DNA of 64,000 nucleotides, taken from Octopus sinensis (Eukaryota). Position numbers and translations under genes: made by a program. Below, in pieces: positions 52,165-64,000 of this stretch (position 1 is its first letter; each line of letters opens with the position of its first letter). The notes under the pieces were generated by a model. That model saw only the letters and a list, made by a program, of their open reading frames with translations, was not told where the DNA came from and ran no database searches. Where the stretch lies: the NCBI RefSeq assembly GCF_006345805.1, contig NC_043012.1, forward strand, positions 27,714,001 to 27,778,000. Direction: 5' to 3'.

Positions 52165-52452
52165 AGACTTGGACCCACGGCACAATTATTTCACCGCAAT
52201 TGGCCCCGCTCTCTTTAACATTGCACCAAAACCCATTAAAGCAGAAACCGATGCCATAAAGTTCAAGAAGTCTTTGGACAAATTCCTTAAAAAAATCCTA
52301 GGTAAACCTCCTACACCTGGATATGTACCTGCAAACAATAACTCTCTCCTTGAGTGGACCATGTTGTTTGATTCCTGATTTGAATGACCTTGCCAGGTGG
52401 TGCTATTAAGTTAGACATGGCCAGGGCCAATACTGGCTGAAACATATCAAAG
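52165..52452 (+). mobile_element. 3' fragment of a second CR1-like LINE family
   Basis: GPALFNIAPK...FKKSLDKFLKKI..KP.TPGY..ANNNSL parallels the C-terminus of ORF 32976-35231. 3' end catggccag..ctggctgaaac. Confidence 0.7.
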
Positions 52453-52487
52453 TGTGTATATACATATATGTGTGTATATATACACTT

Positions 52488-53895
52488 TGATGGCCTTGCT
52501 CAATCTGTAGTAGAGGCGTAGGTAGAAACTCTATAAGATGTACCCAGTGTAAGCTATGGACACATAAGGTGCTGTAATATCAAAGGAAGGCTAATGGGGA
52601 AGATAGTTTTTGTATGTGGCAGATGCTTGGGAGCAATAAACTCTGAAAATGCACAGAGAACAACTTCCACCACATTCCAGGGAGGAGAACTAGAAATAGT
52701 TCATAGCTTCTGTTACCTAGGTGACCAAGTCAGTAGCGGAGGAGGGTGCTCTGAAAGTGTTGCTGCTAGAATAAGAATAGCTTGGGCAAAGTTCAGAGAG
52801 CTCTTACCTCTGCTGGTGACAAAGGGCCTCTCGCTCAGAGTAAAAGGTAGACTGTATGACGCATGTGTACGAACAGCCATGCTACACGGCAGTGAAACAT
52901 GGGCTGTGACTGCTGAGGAATGAAGCCAGTATGATCCGATGAATGTGTAATGTCAGTGTGCATACTCAACAGAGTGTAAGTACCTTGAGAGTAATATTGG
53001 ACCTAAGAAGCATTAGATGTGGTGTGCAAGAGAGACAACTGTGCTGGTATGGTCATGTGGCGAGAATGGATGAGGATAGCTGTGTGAAAAAGTGCCACAC
53101 CCTAGCCATTGAGGGAACCTGTGGAAGAGGTAGACCCAGGAAGACCTGGGATGAAGTGGTGAAGCACGACCTTTGAACTTTAGGCTTCACCAAGGAAATG
53201 ATTAGTGACCGAGACTTTTGGAAATATGCTGTGCTCGAGAAGACCCGGCAAGCCAAATGAGACCATAATCTCGTGGCCTATGCCAGGGGTGTAACCAGCC
53301 CGCTTATGCGTAACTTTTCCTTCTTTGGTCACTAAAACTCTGCTTGTGAAGACCTGTTGAGCCAAGTGAAATCAAAATCGATGACTGGCGTCTGTGCTAG
53401 CAGGGTGCAAAGAGCACCATACGAGTGTGATCGTTGACAGAGTGACTAACCGGCTTCCATGCCAGTGGCACATAAAAGCAACCATTCGAGTGTGATCGTT
53501 ACCAGCATCGCTTTACTGGCACTTGAGCCCTATGCTAGTAGGGTGTTAAGAGCACCATCCGAGCGTGATCGTTGTCAGAGTGGCTACCTGGCCTCCGTGC
53601 CAGTGGCACGTAAAAGACACCATTTGAGTGTGATCGTTACCTGCATTGCCCTACTGGCACCTGTGCCGGTGGAATGTGTAAAAGATTTGAGCGAGGTTGT
53701 TGCCAGTACCGCCTGACTGGCCCTGTGCTGGTGGCTCGTTAAAGCACCCACTACACTTTCGGGATGGCTGGCATTAGGAAGGGCACCCAGCTGTAGAAAC
53801 TCTGCCAGATCAAGATTGAAGCCTGGTTCGCCAGCCCTCAATCAAATCGTTCAACCCATGCTAGCATGGAAAGCGGACGTTAAACGATGATGATG
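52488..53895 (+). mobile_element. 5'-truncated RTE LINE
   Basis: Very similar to 31030-32430, including LEIVHSFCYLGD..RIRIAWAKFRELLP, the tandem-repeat UTR and the (GAT)n tail. Confidence 0.9.
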
Positions 53896-54406
53896 TGTGT
53901 GTGTGTGTGTGTCTGTGTTTATTTCCCCACCATCACTTGACAACCGATGTTGGTGTGTTTACGTCCCCATAATGACCGATAGGATAAATACTAGGCTTAC
54001 AAAGAGTATGTCCTGGGGTCGATTTGTTTGAATAGAAGTCTGTGCTCCAGCATGGCCTCAGTCAAATGCCTGAAACAAGTAAAAGAGTAAAACATAGGGT
54101 ATAAACTCAGAAATTTTTGTTGTTTTTATTGATCATTGTAATTATTAGGCTTCAATTGTTCATTGCACAGTTGTCCATTAGAGGGGTTATACCCTATAAA
54201 ATACTTTATTGGTAAATATAATATTTTACTGATGGTTATTTTATGGTGTATTGATGGAAATAGCACAGTTGTGTAGGATGCAACACAGAAGAAATACCAT
54301 AAAATATACTCTATAATTATTAATCACTTGTATGATTTGTATTATTTTAGTATTATTTTCATATAAACAACTTCTTTAAAATATTAATCTTTGTTTCGAA
54401 TTACAG

Positions 54407-54596
54407 GCAGAGCATCTCTTGAGAAAGCATGCCTCTATTGTTTGCGTATGATAGAGATTACTTTGGAGAAAGAAGATGCATTTTTGGCTGCAATTCGAGA
54501 ATCTGGGTCATCAATTGTTGTTGTCTGTTTAGACAGGCTGATGCGTGGAGTGAACCCAGCTACAGGGAAACCTGACCATTTTGTTAACATTGCCAA
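54407..54596 (+). CDS. NUP205: Nup205 internal exon (190 bp, phase 1 to 2)
   Basis: ttacag acceptor and gtgagc donor. Translates (G)RASLEKACLYCLRMIEITLEKEDAFLAAIRESG...GVNPATGKPDHFVNIA(K). Confidence 0.92.
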
Positions 54597-54701
54597 GTGA
54601 GCTAAGATTTTCTTTTATAATAATATTTCTTCTAATTAATTGTCTGTATATAAAAATGAAATCATAAAAATAAATTGCTTTCATGTTCTTTCTGTTTTAA
54701 G

Positions 54702-54822
54702 GTTTGTCATTTATAACAACCAGTTATATCAACATGCATTATCAGCTATAAAGATCCTTTTCCTGGTGTGTCGGTCAGTTTCAGTACAATCTGACTTAGT
54801 TGCTATGTTCACAGAAAATGAG
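54702..54822 (+). CDS. NUP205: Nup205 internal exon (121 bp, phase 2 to 0)
   Basis: ttaag acceptor and gtaatg donor. Translates (K)FVIYNNQLYQHALSAIKILFLVCRSVSVQSDLVAMFTENE. It follows a 105-bp intron. Confidence 0.88.
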
Positions 54823-56972
54823 GTAATGAATAATTTGTCTTCAGTTTTGTGCTTTTTTTCAAAATTAAACAATTTCTTTTATAAGATTGTTTGAGGAGAT
54901 AACATAGTTAGACTGGTGAGTTTGACATTATTGATGTTTGAATCTCTGTGGGTAGATGTGTAGGAAAAACTTGAACGAAATGGAACTCAAGAAAGGAAGA
55001 ACTGAGCAAAATGTTTTGTGTTAGGCATGGGAAGTGAAACTGTTGGGAGTGGTGAGGATAAGAAGCAGTTATGTTGATTTGATGTAAGTGGTAAAGGTGG
55101 TGATGTAGGTATGCGGTTAGCTAATTCAGAAGAGTAGAGGTATTTTAATAGTAATAGAAGGGGTAATGAGGAATTAGTATTCACATTTTGTCTATTTCTA
55201 ATCTAGGTACCAGGTGGTCATGGATGTGCTAGAAACAACTGCTAAATCTCCCTTAAACCGCTCACCTTTTCATGGGATTTTTCTTTTTCTTTTTTCACTA
55301 AAAGGGCTTCTATTGTTTTAAGTGTGTAATGAGTGTGTGTGTGGGGGGGGGGGAAGGCCAAAATCAGCCACAAATTTTCCCAGTTTATTTTTTCATGAAA
55401 AGTTTCCTTGTGTCGCTTCCAAGGTTGTGGAGACCAAAAAAAAAAAGAGCATCCTGATCCGAAACTCCACCATGTTTAATAGTCCATAAAAATTTTATTC
55501 AAGTGCTAAAACTCAAATTCCTGTATCTTGTTCTTTTGGATTTAGCTAGGTCTGAAAACACTGCAAAATTGACTTTTTATTACATATAGCAAAATAATCT
55601 TTACAAAAATATTTTAAATATTACCAAAACAAGAAAAGTTTCTTGGAGAACATGAAAAAAAAAAAGGCAACTTCTTTACCATGGACACTATTAATTTGTG
55701 TAATTTGAAGATGATTATCACTTCAGTTTCAAAGATATGACATTACACATATGGTTAATTATTCATGTAGGCCAATTATGCAAAATTTCAACCCAATTCG
55801 CTTACCATTCAAACAGTCATATTTCCTGAAATATTCATCCAAATTTCACAAATGAGGTACCAAACTGTTTCTTTTTGGATGTTCTCCAATGAAAAGTACA
55901 GTAGAATTTACATTTAAATATTTTCCAAAATTCTGGAAGGGAAAACTAGATATTCACCAAATCTTCATAGTTTTCAGATTTGTTGTTGTTCAAAAACTTC
56001 TGTGAATGTTACCCTGTTATTTTTTCAGTAGGTTTAACTAATTTATAAACCAAGCTCATCTTTAATTAACCTTCTTATCTTAAGCCCTTCAAAAATAGTT
56101 GTAATTTCTCTTGATTTTGACCAGGAAATTGTCCCCATAGATATTTGAAAGAGTCACCTACCTTACCTAAAACTTTAAGAAATTATACTGGTAGCCTGAT
56201 GTTTCCTGGTTTTACTGAATGTTTGTGATGTTTTCCAATACTAAAATCTCTTCTTTCTGGTCATCCCTTTGTTTTCATATAACATATCATCATCTTTTAA
56301 TGGTGGGTGGATTTAAAAACATAACTTCTTTGCTTGCCAAGCAATATACAATATACTTTCAAATCTCCACATTACGGCCAACTGTTTGAAGTGTTTGAAC
56401 TTATTCAGTGCCACTTTCATTGTTTTATAACATAAATGCTTTCTTTCTCTATGCTGCTTGATGATGGTGTAGGTATTTGTCTTTATTATTTATTTATTAC
56501 CTTACTATCTTGTTCTCTGGTTCTTTTGCTAGATTATAAATGAATGGTTGTGGCATATATGCTTTCTAAGAAATTAACTTGACTTTCATCATGTAGTGTT
56601 ATAGATGCAATTTTTATTTTAAATTATTAGAATGGACTAGATCAAAAGCATAAATACCATTGGTAATTTTCCTAACATGCCAAAAATGAGTAATTACATA
56701 TTTCTGGTCTTAGCAACTGATGTTGATGTGTTAATCTAAAACTGATATTACATTTGGAATTAGTGCTATAAAATTAACTTAGATGAAAGCAAAATTGTTG
56801 CAGACCAGTGTAGTTCGTAATTTTATGAATTTCATGAGCACTTTTGGTGAAAAAGACTAATTATGGTGTACTCTATACATAATCGTGAGTATTCCCCCCC
56901 CCCCCCCACAGAGCTTTATTTATTGAAATACTAACACATAGAATACTGCTTTCAAATATTTAATGAATCATA

Positions 56973-57782
56973 TGAGGGTGGGCTGAAAAGTTCATAGGCT
57001 GGCTATGGAGGAGTGGTGCTTGAGCTGTGACATCTTGTATGCATTAATTTCAACCCTTGTTAAAAACTGGAATGTTTCTTTCCAGGTTGATCTGACATAT
57101 GACAGTTCAATGAAAACTTCAAAAGTAACTAGTAGCAACTCTTGTAAGAGCTTAGCCCCTAAAGGCATTCATGCTAGCATGGTTTCCAGATTAGAGGATG
57201 ATACTCCAGTTTCATCACTGGTGCAAAAGTGGGGAGCTGAATTTCGGAGGGGAAGCGAGATTCTTGAAGATTACCCATGGTCTGGACATCCTGCATCTGC
57301 CATTACCAAGGAAAACATTGACCATATTCTCCTTATGATGATGGATGAAAAGTGAATGACTATAAATCAAATAACTAATGTTATTAGCATATCCCGTGAG
57401 AGAGTTGAAAATATTCTGCTCAATGAACTTGGCATGACAAAGGTTTCTGCTTAGTGAGTGCCATAACTTCTGACACCTGATCAAAAGTGCACCAGGCTGA
57501 TCACATCAGGGGAAAATTTGATATTGTTTGTAGCAGATCCAGCTAGATTCATTGAATGTTTCCTAAACCAGGATGAGTGTTGGCTTTATCACTTTTAGCC
57601 AGAGACAAAGAGACAATCCATGCAGTGGAAACAACCTTCCTTATCTGCTCTAAAGAAAGCCAAGGTTGTTTCATCTGCAGGGAAGTCGATGGCCTCGGTT
57701 TTGGGGGATGCAAAAGGCATTGTGTTTATTGACTGTCTTCAAAAGGGCCGCACCATCAATGGAAAGTACTATGCCAACTTAA
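56973..57782 (+). mobile_element. Mariner remnant, 3'-truncated
   Basis: TA followed by TGAGGGTGGGCTGAAAAGTTCATAGGCT TIR. Decayed VQKWGAEFRRG, QDECWLYH and KAKVVSSAGK..YYANL motifs. Confidence 0.8.
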
Positions 57783-57876
57783 AATTGATAAGTGAATAGC
57801 CTGGTCCATTGCTGATCTAAATTATGTTATATTCTATTAAATTGTATATTATTTATATTCTACTTAAACAACCCAG

Positions 57877-57961
57877 ATCATTCAAAGAGAATTACTTCAA
57901 GGATTTGTTGAGTGTATGGAGAATGAAGAAGAAGAAGAAGTTGCTCCTACAGAAGGTCAAA
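57877..57961 (+). CDS. NUP205: Nup205 internal exon (85 bp, phase 0 to 1)
   Basis: cccag acceptor and gtaagt donor. IIQRELLQGFVECMENEEEEEVAPTEGQ aligns to QKLMAGFVECLDCEDAEE. Confidence 0.87.
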
Positions 57962-58506
57962 GTAAGTTTTCATTTTCTGTTTTTTCTGATTGTAGTTCAC
58001 ATTTTATTGATAACTCTATGTAGACTTAACTATTGGACGAAGTTGAAGTACTTGATTTTAATACGAGAGGAGTTATGTAGTCTTCTATAAGTTTCTCTGT
58101 CGTGTTGCTTTTCACATCCCCACATCTTTAGAATTGTAGGAATTTTTGTGCAAAAGTATTAGAGATGTAAGAAGTCATTTGTATGCTTAGGTTTTTTGGA
58201 GCTTTTTGTAGTATTCATATCAAACATTTTAGAGATATCAAATATTTTTATCACAGGCTTCTCTGAAGTTGTTTCTTAGCCCCAGTTATTACTTTCACAT
58301 ATCTTAATCCTTCCATCCACCAACAATGTTTAGAAAATGAAGTTGCAACAGAGATTTAAAATGCATCTTACCTTCCCTGGGGTATTTAACTTCTTCATTT
58401 TTTTTTTAAGGAGTGTGACTCTATAAAGAACTTTGGTATTTCTTAATTGAAGTTTCTTTCTGCTTTCTGTTTATGGAAACTAACTTCACTTTTCCTTTAA
58501 TTTCAG

Positions 58507-58662
58507 AATTTCTCAACATGCTAGAAATTCGTAACACGATGCGTAAACATTTGATGCAACTGTTAATCAACTCTTTAGATTACCCTGCACCAAATGTTGC
58601 CCTTTTCCTCTTGGGATTTGAACTCAGAAAGCCAGTTGAGAAAACCAACCTTCAAGATCCTG
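58507..58662 (+). CDS. NUP205: Nup205 internal exon (156 bp, phase 1 to 1)
   Basis: tttcag acceptor and gtaagc donor. FLNMLEIRNTMRKHLMQLLINSLDYPAPNVALFLLGFELRKPVEKTNLQDP(G) contains the conserved PPNLALYLLGFELKKPV..TNLQDPG motif. Confidence 0.94.
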
Positions 58663-58741
58663 GTAAGCTCTACTTATATTTCTGTGATTTTTATCAAATT
58701 TCAATTTCCCTGTAAAATTAATTACATTTATTATATTCTGA

Positions 58742-59033
58742 GGAGGTTGGACGTGGCTTGTATATTGACCTTTGGTGATGTACTGTGCTTGTGTAGACAT
58801 GTCAAGCCAAGTGAGACCATAGTTGTGGCCGATGCCAGTGTCTAGTTATTGGCACCCATGCCAGTGGCACGTAAAAAACACCCACTACACTCTTGGTGTG
58901 GTTGGCATTAGGAAGGGCATCCAGCTGTAGAAACCTTGCCAAATTAGATCGGAACCTGGTGTAGTGATCTGCTTTCAGTCAAACCATCCAACCCATGTCA
59001 GCATGGAAAATGGATGTTAAATGATGATGATGA
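58742..59033 (+). mobile_element. Short RTE 3' fragment
   Basis: ggcacgtaaaaaacacccactacactc...cagcatggaaaatggatgttaaatgatgatgatga. Confidence 0.8.
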
Positions 59034-60036
59034 TTATGAGGCAATGAATTTATGAGTTAGAAGAAGAAAATGAAGACAAAAGAGTCTGTACCCATCAGGG
59101 CAAACATAATTGAACCTGGTTATCCATTTTTAACCTTCTAAACACTAGACACAAGATACCGCATAACATGAAATGAGATTACTAACCTCCCACTCAGCCC
59201 TGCTCTATCTTGTGATGGCTAAAGGACATGGTGAATGATCCTCATGACCCTCTCTCAATGCTGCTGAACTGGTGTTTTGAAAGAGGGGGGAAGAATCAAC
59301 CCAATACTTGTGTTCTATTTATTAAACCTCTAAGAATGAAAAGCAAAGAATTCAAACTCAGAACACAAGGATGTGAAATAATTTCTGTACAGCATTTGTC
59401 CAATGTTCTGGCCATTCTTCTCATCAACCAGCTTAATTTTGTGTATTCTGTACTTTAAAAATGATGGAGTGGTTACCACTTGGATGTCTGCTGGATCAGG
59501 GCTGTCCTACATTAAATGATGATAATTAAAAGCAGCATCCGTAATGTAACCAGCCTCAAATACCAGTGAATTGATCACCTCTGATTGTAGATATGCACAT
59601 GTTAAGGAACAAACAAATATGAAATTGAAATATATGAATCTGAATTTGAAAGAGCTCTTTTGAACAAGGAAATCTTGAAGTTTGACCCCACTGCCTGGAC
59701 TTTGGAGTAATGATTGTTAATGGTTTGCAAGATATTGGCCAAACCAAGAAGGAAATGCAGCAAGTCTGACCCATTTTAATAAAGTTTTAAATATACTTTA
59801 GGATTATTATTAAATTTAGCTGCCAGAATTCTATAATGGGAAAAATGTGACACCCAAGAAATAACTATATTCTAAAATTTTTATCCAATTGCCAAAGATC
59901 TCTTAGTACTTGTGCAGTTCATGAGAAATCTATGACCTTGTTGCTACATGTCTTGCAATTGATGGAAAATCACTTTGTGTTTTTCCCTTTCTTTTTCCAG
60001 CAGCTCCATAAATCTTCTGTCTTACATCCCTTAGTG

Positions 60037-60360
60037 AAGGTGTGTGGCTTAGTGGTTAGGGTAATCAATTCACAATTAGAAGGTCGTGAGTTTGATTCCC
60101 TTTGATGCATTGTGTCCTTCAGCAAGACACTTTATTTCACATTGCTCCAGTCCACTCAGCTGGCAAAAATGAGTAGTACCTGTAATTCAAAGGGGGCCAG
60201 CCATGTCACATTCTGTGTCGCACTGAATCTCCCTGAGAACCACATTAATGGTACGTGTGTCTGTGGAGTGCTCGGCCACTTGCACATTTATCTCGCAAGC
60301 AGGCTGTTCTGTTGATCGGATCAACTGGAACCCTCGTCGTCATAACCGACGGAGTGCCAT
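60037..60360 (+). mobile_element. tRNA-derived SINE (second family)
   Basis: A-box tggcttagtggttagg and B-box gagtttgattcc, followed by a body unrelated to the 22412 family. Confidence 0.65.
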
Positions 60361-61891
60361 ATCACATATTAATTATCTTTTGCTCTAATGAATTTTTAGC
60401 AAAAGCAATATTCTTGATATTTGGCATGTAAATTTCTCAGCAAAGTTACTTGTTAGACTGCTTCGTAGTTGTATGAATCAATTAGATGCTTTCCAATATA
60501 TATGTTATTAATTCTGTTGTACCTTGTGGATTCAATTATGTTTTACACTCCCTTCCATTAAACAACCTTGCTGCTGTTACCCTATCGGCACATAACAAAG
60601 CTGGCCAGTATGACCTAGCAGTTTGTATCACACTTTCACTTAATGTTTTAGGTGCTTGTATAGTTGTGAGCAGATGTAGATACTATCAGCTGTACCTCCT
60701 TTGATCCAGCAGACATCAAGAACGTGGTGGCTGTAGTGATAAAGTACTGCACTGCAGTTGGCTGATACTCATTTCCAGCTGAGTAGAAAAAAGCAATGTG
60801 CCTCGCTTGTGGACTCAACATATCACTCACTCACGGAATAGGGTCCCTACACTCTAACTCAAGGTCAGATGCTCTTCTGAATATGCAGCTACCTTCCAGT
60901 CCTTTTTAGCCTTGGGTATGAGTAGTGAACAAATTGGAAGAGTGTGACAAAAGCTCAAAACTAAGAATCAAATAAATGATGAAGAGATGAAGCATGATCA
61001 AAATCAATGTATAAGTGTTTTTTATTTGCAAAACACACAATTTTAAACTATAACAATATCTGCACACCCTAACATTATAGGATAATAAGTCTTGTTAAAC
61101 ATTTTGATTTCAAATATATGCTTAATATCTGCAGAGAGCAAAAGAAGGTTCAATGATTTACAAAACGATGAGGAGAATTAAGTCATAAAACAAGAGAGTT
61201 AATAGATTTGCAATTATAATATATTACCATCCTTTTGACTTTTATTCTTTCCCTGCTGGCTTCAGTTGAGTCTTATTCTGTGGCCAGATTCCTCTATTGC
61301 AACCAACATTTACCTGTTTTTCAAGTGAACTGTTTCTAATTTGCCTCACATTTACAAGCAACAAAGCTGCTGAGTTACAGGAGACACATCATCATCATTG
61401 TTCACTGTCAAATGTGAAAACATGGAGATAAATATTTGCACATGTGTACACACACACACACACACACACCAGTATATGTGCACATGCACACACACATACA
61501 CATGCACACACACATACACATGCACACACACACATACACACATAAATATGGCAGGCTTCAGTCTCATTTTCATCTACCAACACAAGCCTAGGGCTTGATT
61601 AGAAGGCACAAGGTCCTACACTCTGGGATAGAAGCTAAAACCACATACTTGCAAAGCCAACTTTGTGTCCCTGTAGCCTTGCCTGCACCTGATAATATGT
61701 ATCAATTGTTGCAGCTGCTACTGTTTTTCATTCCACATGGAATAAAATGCACCTTTTTCCACTTGTATACTGAGACTAATTGAATTAAATTTTAAACTAT
61801 TTTAATTTTGGCATTTCTTAATTGAAACATTATAGCATTTAAAACTACTGGTTATTTTATTTTCCTAACTAATTGTATTAACAACCTTCAG

Positions 61892-62137
61892 GTGTTCTTG
61901 GATGTCCCCGAACTTGTCTCCATTCATTGATAACTATTCTGAATCGTGGTGTTGGAAGCCGCACAGGACCTCGGTGTTTGACTTTCACCCCACAACTTGC
62001 TGAGTTAGCTTACCATCTACTTTATGTGCTATGTGCAAACAAAGAAACCTCCCCACCAACAATGCGCTACCTGAGAACTGTGCATGATTTTTTCTATCGG
62101 CAACTTAAACATCTTCCATTTATTGGAGAATCATCCA
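61892..62137 (+). CDS. NUP205: Nup205 internal exon (246 bp, phase 1 to 1)
   Basis: ttcag acceptor and gtaaga donor. Translates (G)VLGCPRTCLHSLITILNRG...TGP...PQLAELAYHLLYVLCANKETSPPTMRYLRTVHDFFYRQLKHLPF. Confidence 0.95.
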
Positions 62138-62869
62138 GTAAGAAATTATCTTTTTATCTTGTGTGTGTGTTGTATATCTTATTAAATCTCACCTGTAAAT
62201 TAATTAAAGCTGGGAGTATTTTTGTTTAGTTCATAATATGCTTGTTAGATCATAGGTTCATACACCTTGTCAGATATAGCATTGTGTTTGCAGCTGCATT
62301 CTCTGTTTTGTTTGTTTGTTTGTTTTTTGTTACATTTGAAAACTTGTAGAAGACAACCTTCTTAAAAATCATATCATATTTTTCAAGAATGCTTACAGTG
62401 CTTCCATGTTTAAACTGGCAAGGGAAAAAAAATTAATGTTAAATAAATATTGGATGAGATATTTTGAAATGTGAAAGATTTAGAGAATCTATTTACACTG
62501 CATAGATGCTGTTTTATATTGTCATGAATGAAGCTTGTAGAATCACATCTTACATGATCACTTATAGTCAGCACATGCATCACCTAATTCAATTAATTTT
62601 GTCATGATTTACTCGATATTGACTGATTTTGTTTTAGTTTGTCAATATTTTTATCGTAAGCTTTTAATGTATAACATGAAAATTTATTCTTTTCCGTATA
62701 TAATTATGATTCATTGGTTAACAATACTGAGTAAATAATTTTCTGGAAACTGTAAAGGGAACAAATAAACTAATATAGCTCATTTTCCACTTTTATTACA
62801 CTCAATTTTACCAATATAGGACATCACTTACAAAAATTTCTATACTGGCATGCAATTAGAAACTGAAGA

Positions 62870-63680
62870 AGCTCATGCAGAGGAAAGGAAAAGTCTAAAA
62901 AAGATGCAATAAAGAATTGGTACTCTATAGGCCAGAAGTGAGGGTGCTTAAGAACCAAGATGGGCTCATAGTGAAGACAAAGAGAAGAGGGAAAACCTTC
63001 CACATGATAATTTTTAAATCATCAATGAAGTCCATTCTCCACTGTCTCAAATTTTGGAAAAGGTGCCACCTATTCTGGTTTGTGAAATTAAAAATACCCC
63101 CAAGCTGAAGAGACCAAACAAAGCCTCAGGAAAAGATGTTATGACTACAGAGATGTTAAGATGTGAAGGTGAAGAGCTTTGAGAATTCCTTGTTCTATGC
63201 TTCAGTTGCCATCTGAAGGTGGGTAAAATACCCTCGTTGTGGAAAGAGTTGATACCATCTTGCTTCATAAGAAAGGCAATAAAGAAGATTCAAGAAGCTA
63301 TTACCCCACATGCCTCTTGTCTCATCTCTATAAACTGTTTACAAAGGTTATGGTTACCAGAACATTGAGATATCTCAATGACCAGCTGCTGAGAAAGAAA
63401 ACAAGTTTCTGTAAGAACTACAGCATTGTGGATCACATATTCACTCTAACACAACATATAGAATGAGTGAAAGAATACAAGGTGCATTCCTTTGGTCCAC
63501 TACAAAAAGATTGGGAATGGCATCAAACCAAGAAATACCATCTTTTCCAAATTCTCCACTGTATGTTTAGAAATGGTCATTGGCAATAATGATTAGATGA
63601 ATAGACTGAACATCAATGGCAAGCTACTGACACACCTCCAATTCATTTCTGAAACAACAGATCAGCTGATCAGAAATGAT
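62870..63680 (+). mobile_element. Old RTE LINE RT fragment
   Basis: ILLHKKGNKED..SYYPTCLLSHLYKLFTK...DHIFTL (ORF 63239-63466). Confidence 0.7.
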
Positions 63681-64000
63681 GATGGTTGTTGTGATGAGAA
63701 ATAGACTGGACCCCCTTGTGAGAAATAGACTGGACCAAGCAATTATAAATAGTAGCAGTTGGAGTGAAGTTTGTCTGTTACAGTTGAGTTTGCAGTGAAA
63801 TTGGAAGGTTGGCTGCTATTTCATTTGGAATATTGATTGTTGGATCATTATGTCATTATTACAGCTGCATCATTATCTTGTTTATTGTTACAACACTGGT
63901 ACAATGTATCAAAACTGTCACAATATCTGAGCAGTTCTATGACACTGGAGATGGAGGATACAACATTTGGCAATGAGGGTTTTGAAGCTCACATAAGTTG

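Noticed and set aside
55341-55354. Poly-G run (and poly-C at about 56895-56907) as G-quadruplex regulatory elements
   Set aside because: Isolated homopolymers next to microsatellite or low-complexity sequence, with no supporting context.
57955-57961. Alternative in-frame 5' splice site GAAG|GTCAAA six nt upstream of the main donor
   Set aside because: Poor donor consensus compared with GTAAGT, and no transcript evidence available.

Overview
Eukaryotic (metazoan) genomic DNA, about 65% AT and very rich in transposons. The repeat families (RTE LINEs with (GAT)n tails, tRNA-derived SINEs, DD37D mariners) look like those of Octopus; the taxon is an inference. The only host gene I can support is the middle part of a nuclear pore gene, NUP205, on the + strand. 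Nine GT-AG exons lie at 21094-21278, 41415-41624, 44906-45088, 51493-51550, 54407-54596, 54702-54822, 57877-57961, 58507-58662 and 61892-62137, and their phases fit together. About 78 aa expected between the first two exons are absent and probably fall in the 100-N assembly gap (29763-29862). The rest is intronic and filled with mobile DNA. This includes a piggyBac (PGBD4-like) family with one full-length decayed copy and several deletion derivatives, two Gypsy remnants sharing a near-identical internal tract, Tc1/mariner elements, a Chapaev-like remnant, many RTE LINEs, a CR1-type LINE with a nearly intact ORF2, non-autonomous Helitrons, SINEs and microsatellites. The most unusual signals are three hammerhead-ribozyme motifs of the Penelope/retrozyme type. 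One has an intact catalytic core (36454-36531, minus). One sits in a 1.9-kb element whose interior is extremely G-depleted (27131-29032). One is a half motif at the gap edge, in the sense of NUP205. Several long hairpins could form dsRNA in the NUP205 pre-mRNA. No prokaryotic-type system (CRISPR, operon) is present. Most ORF-track entries are microsatellite or antisense artefacts.
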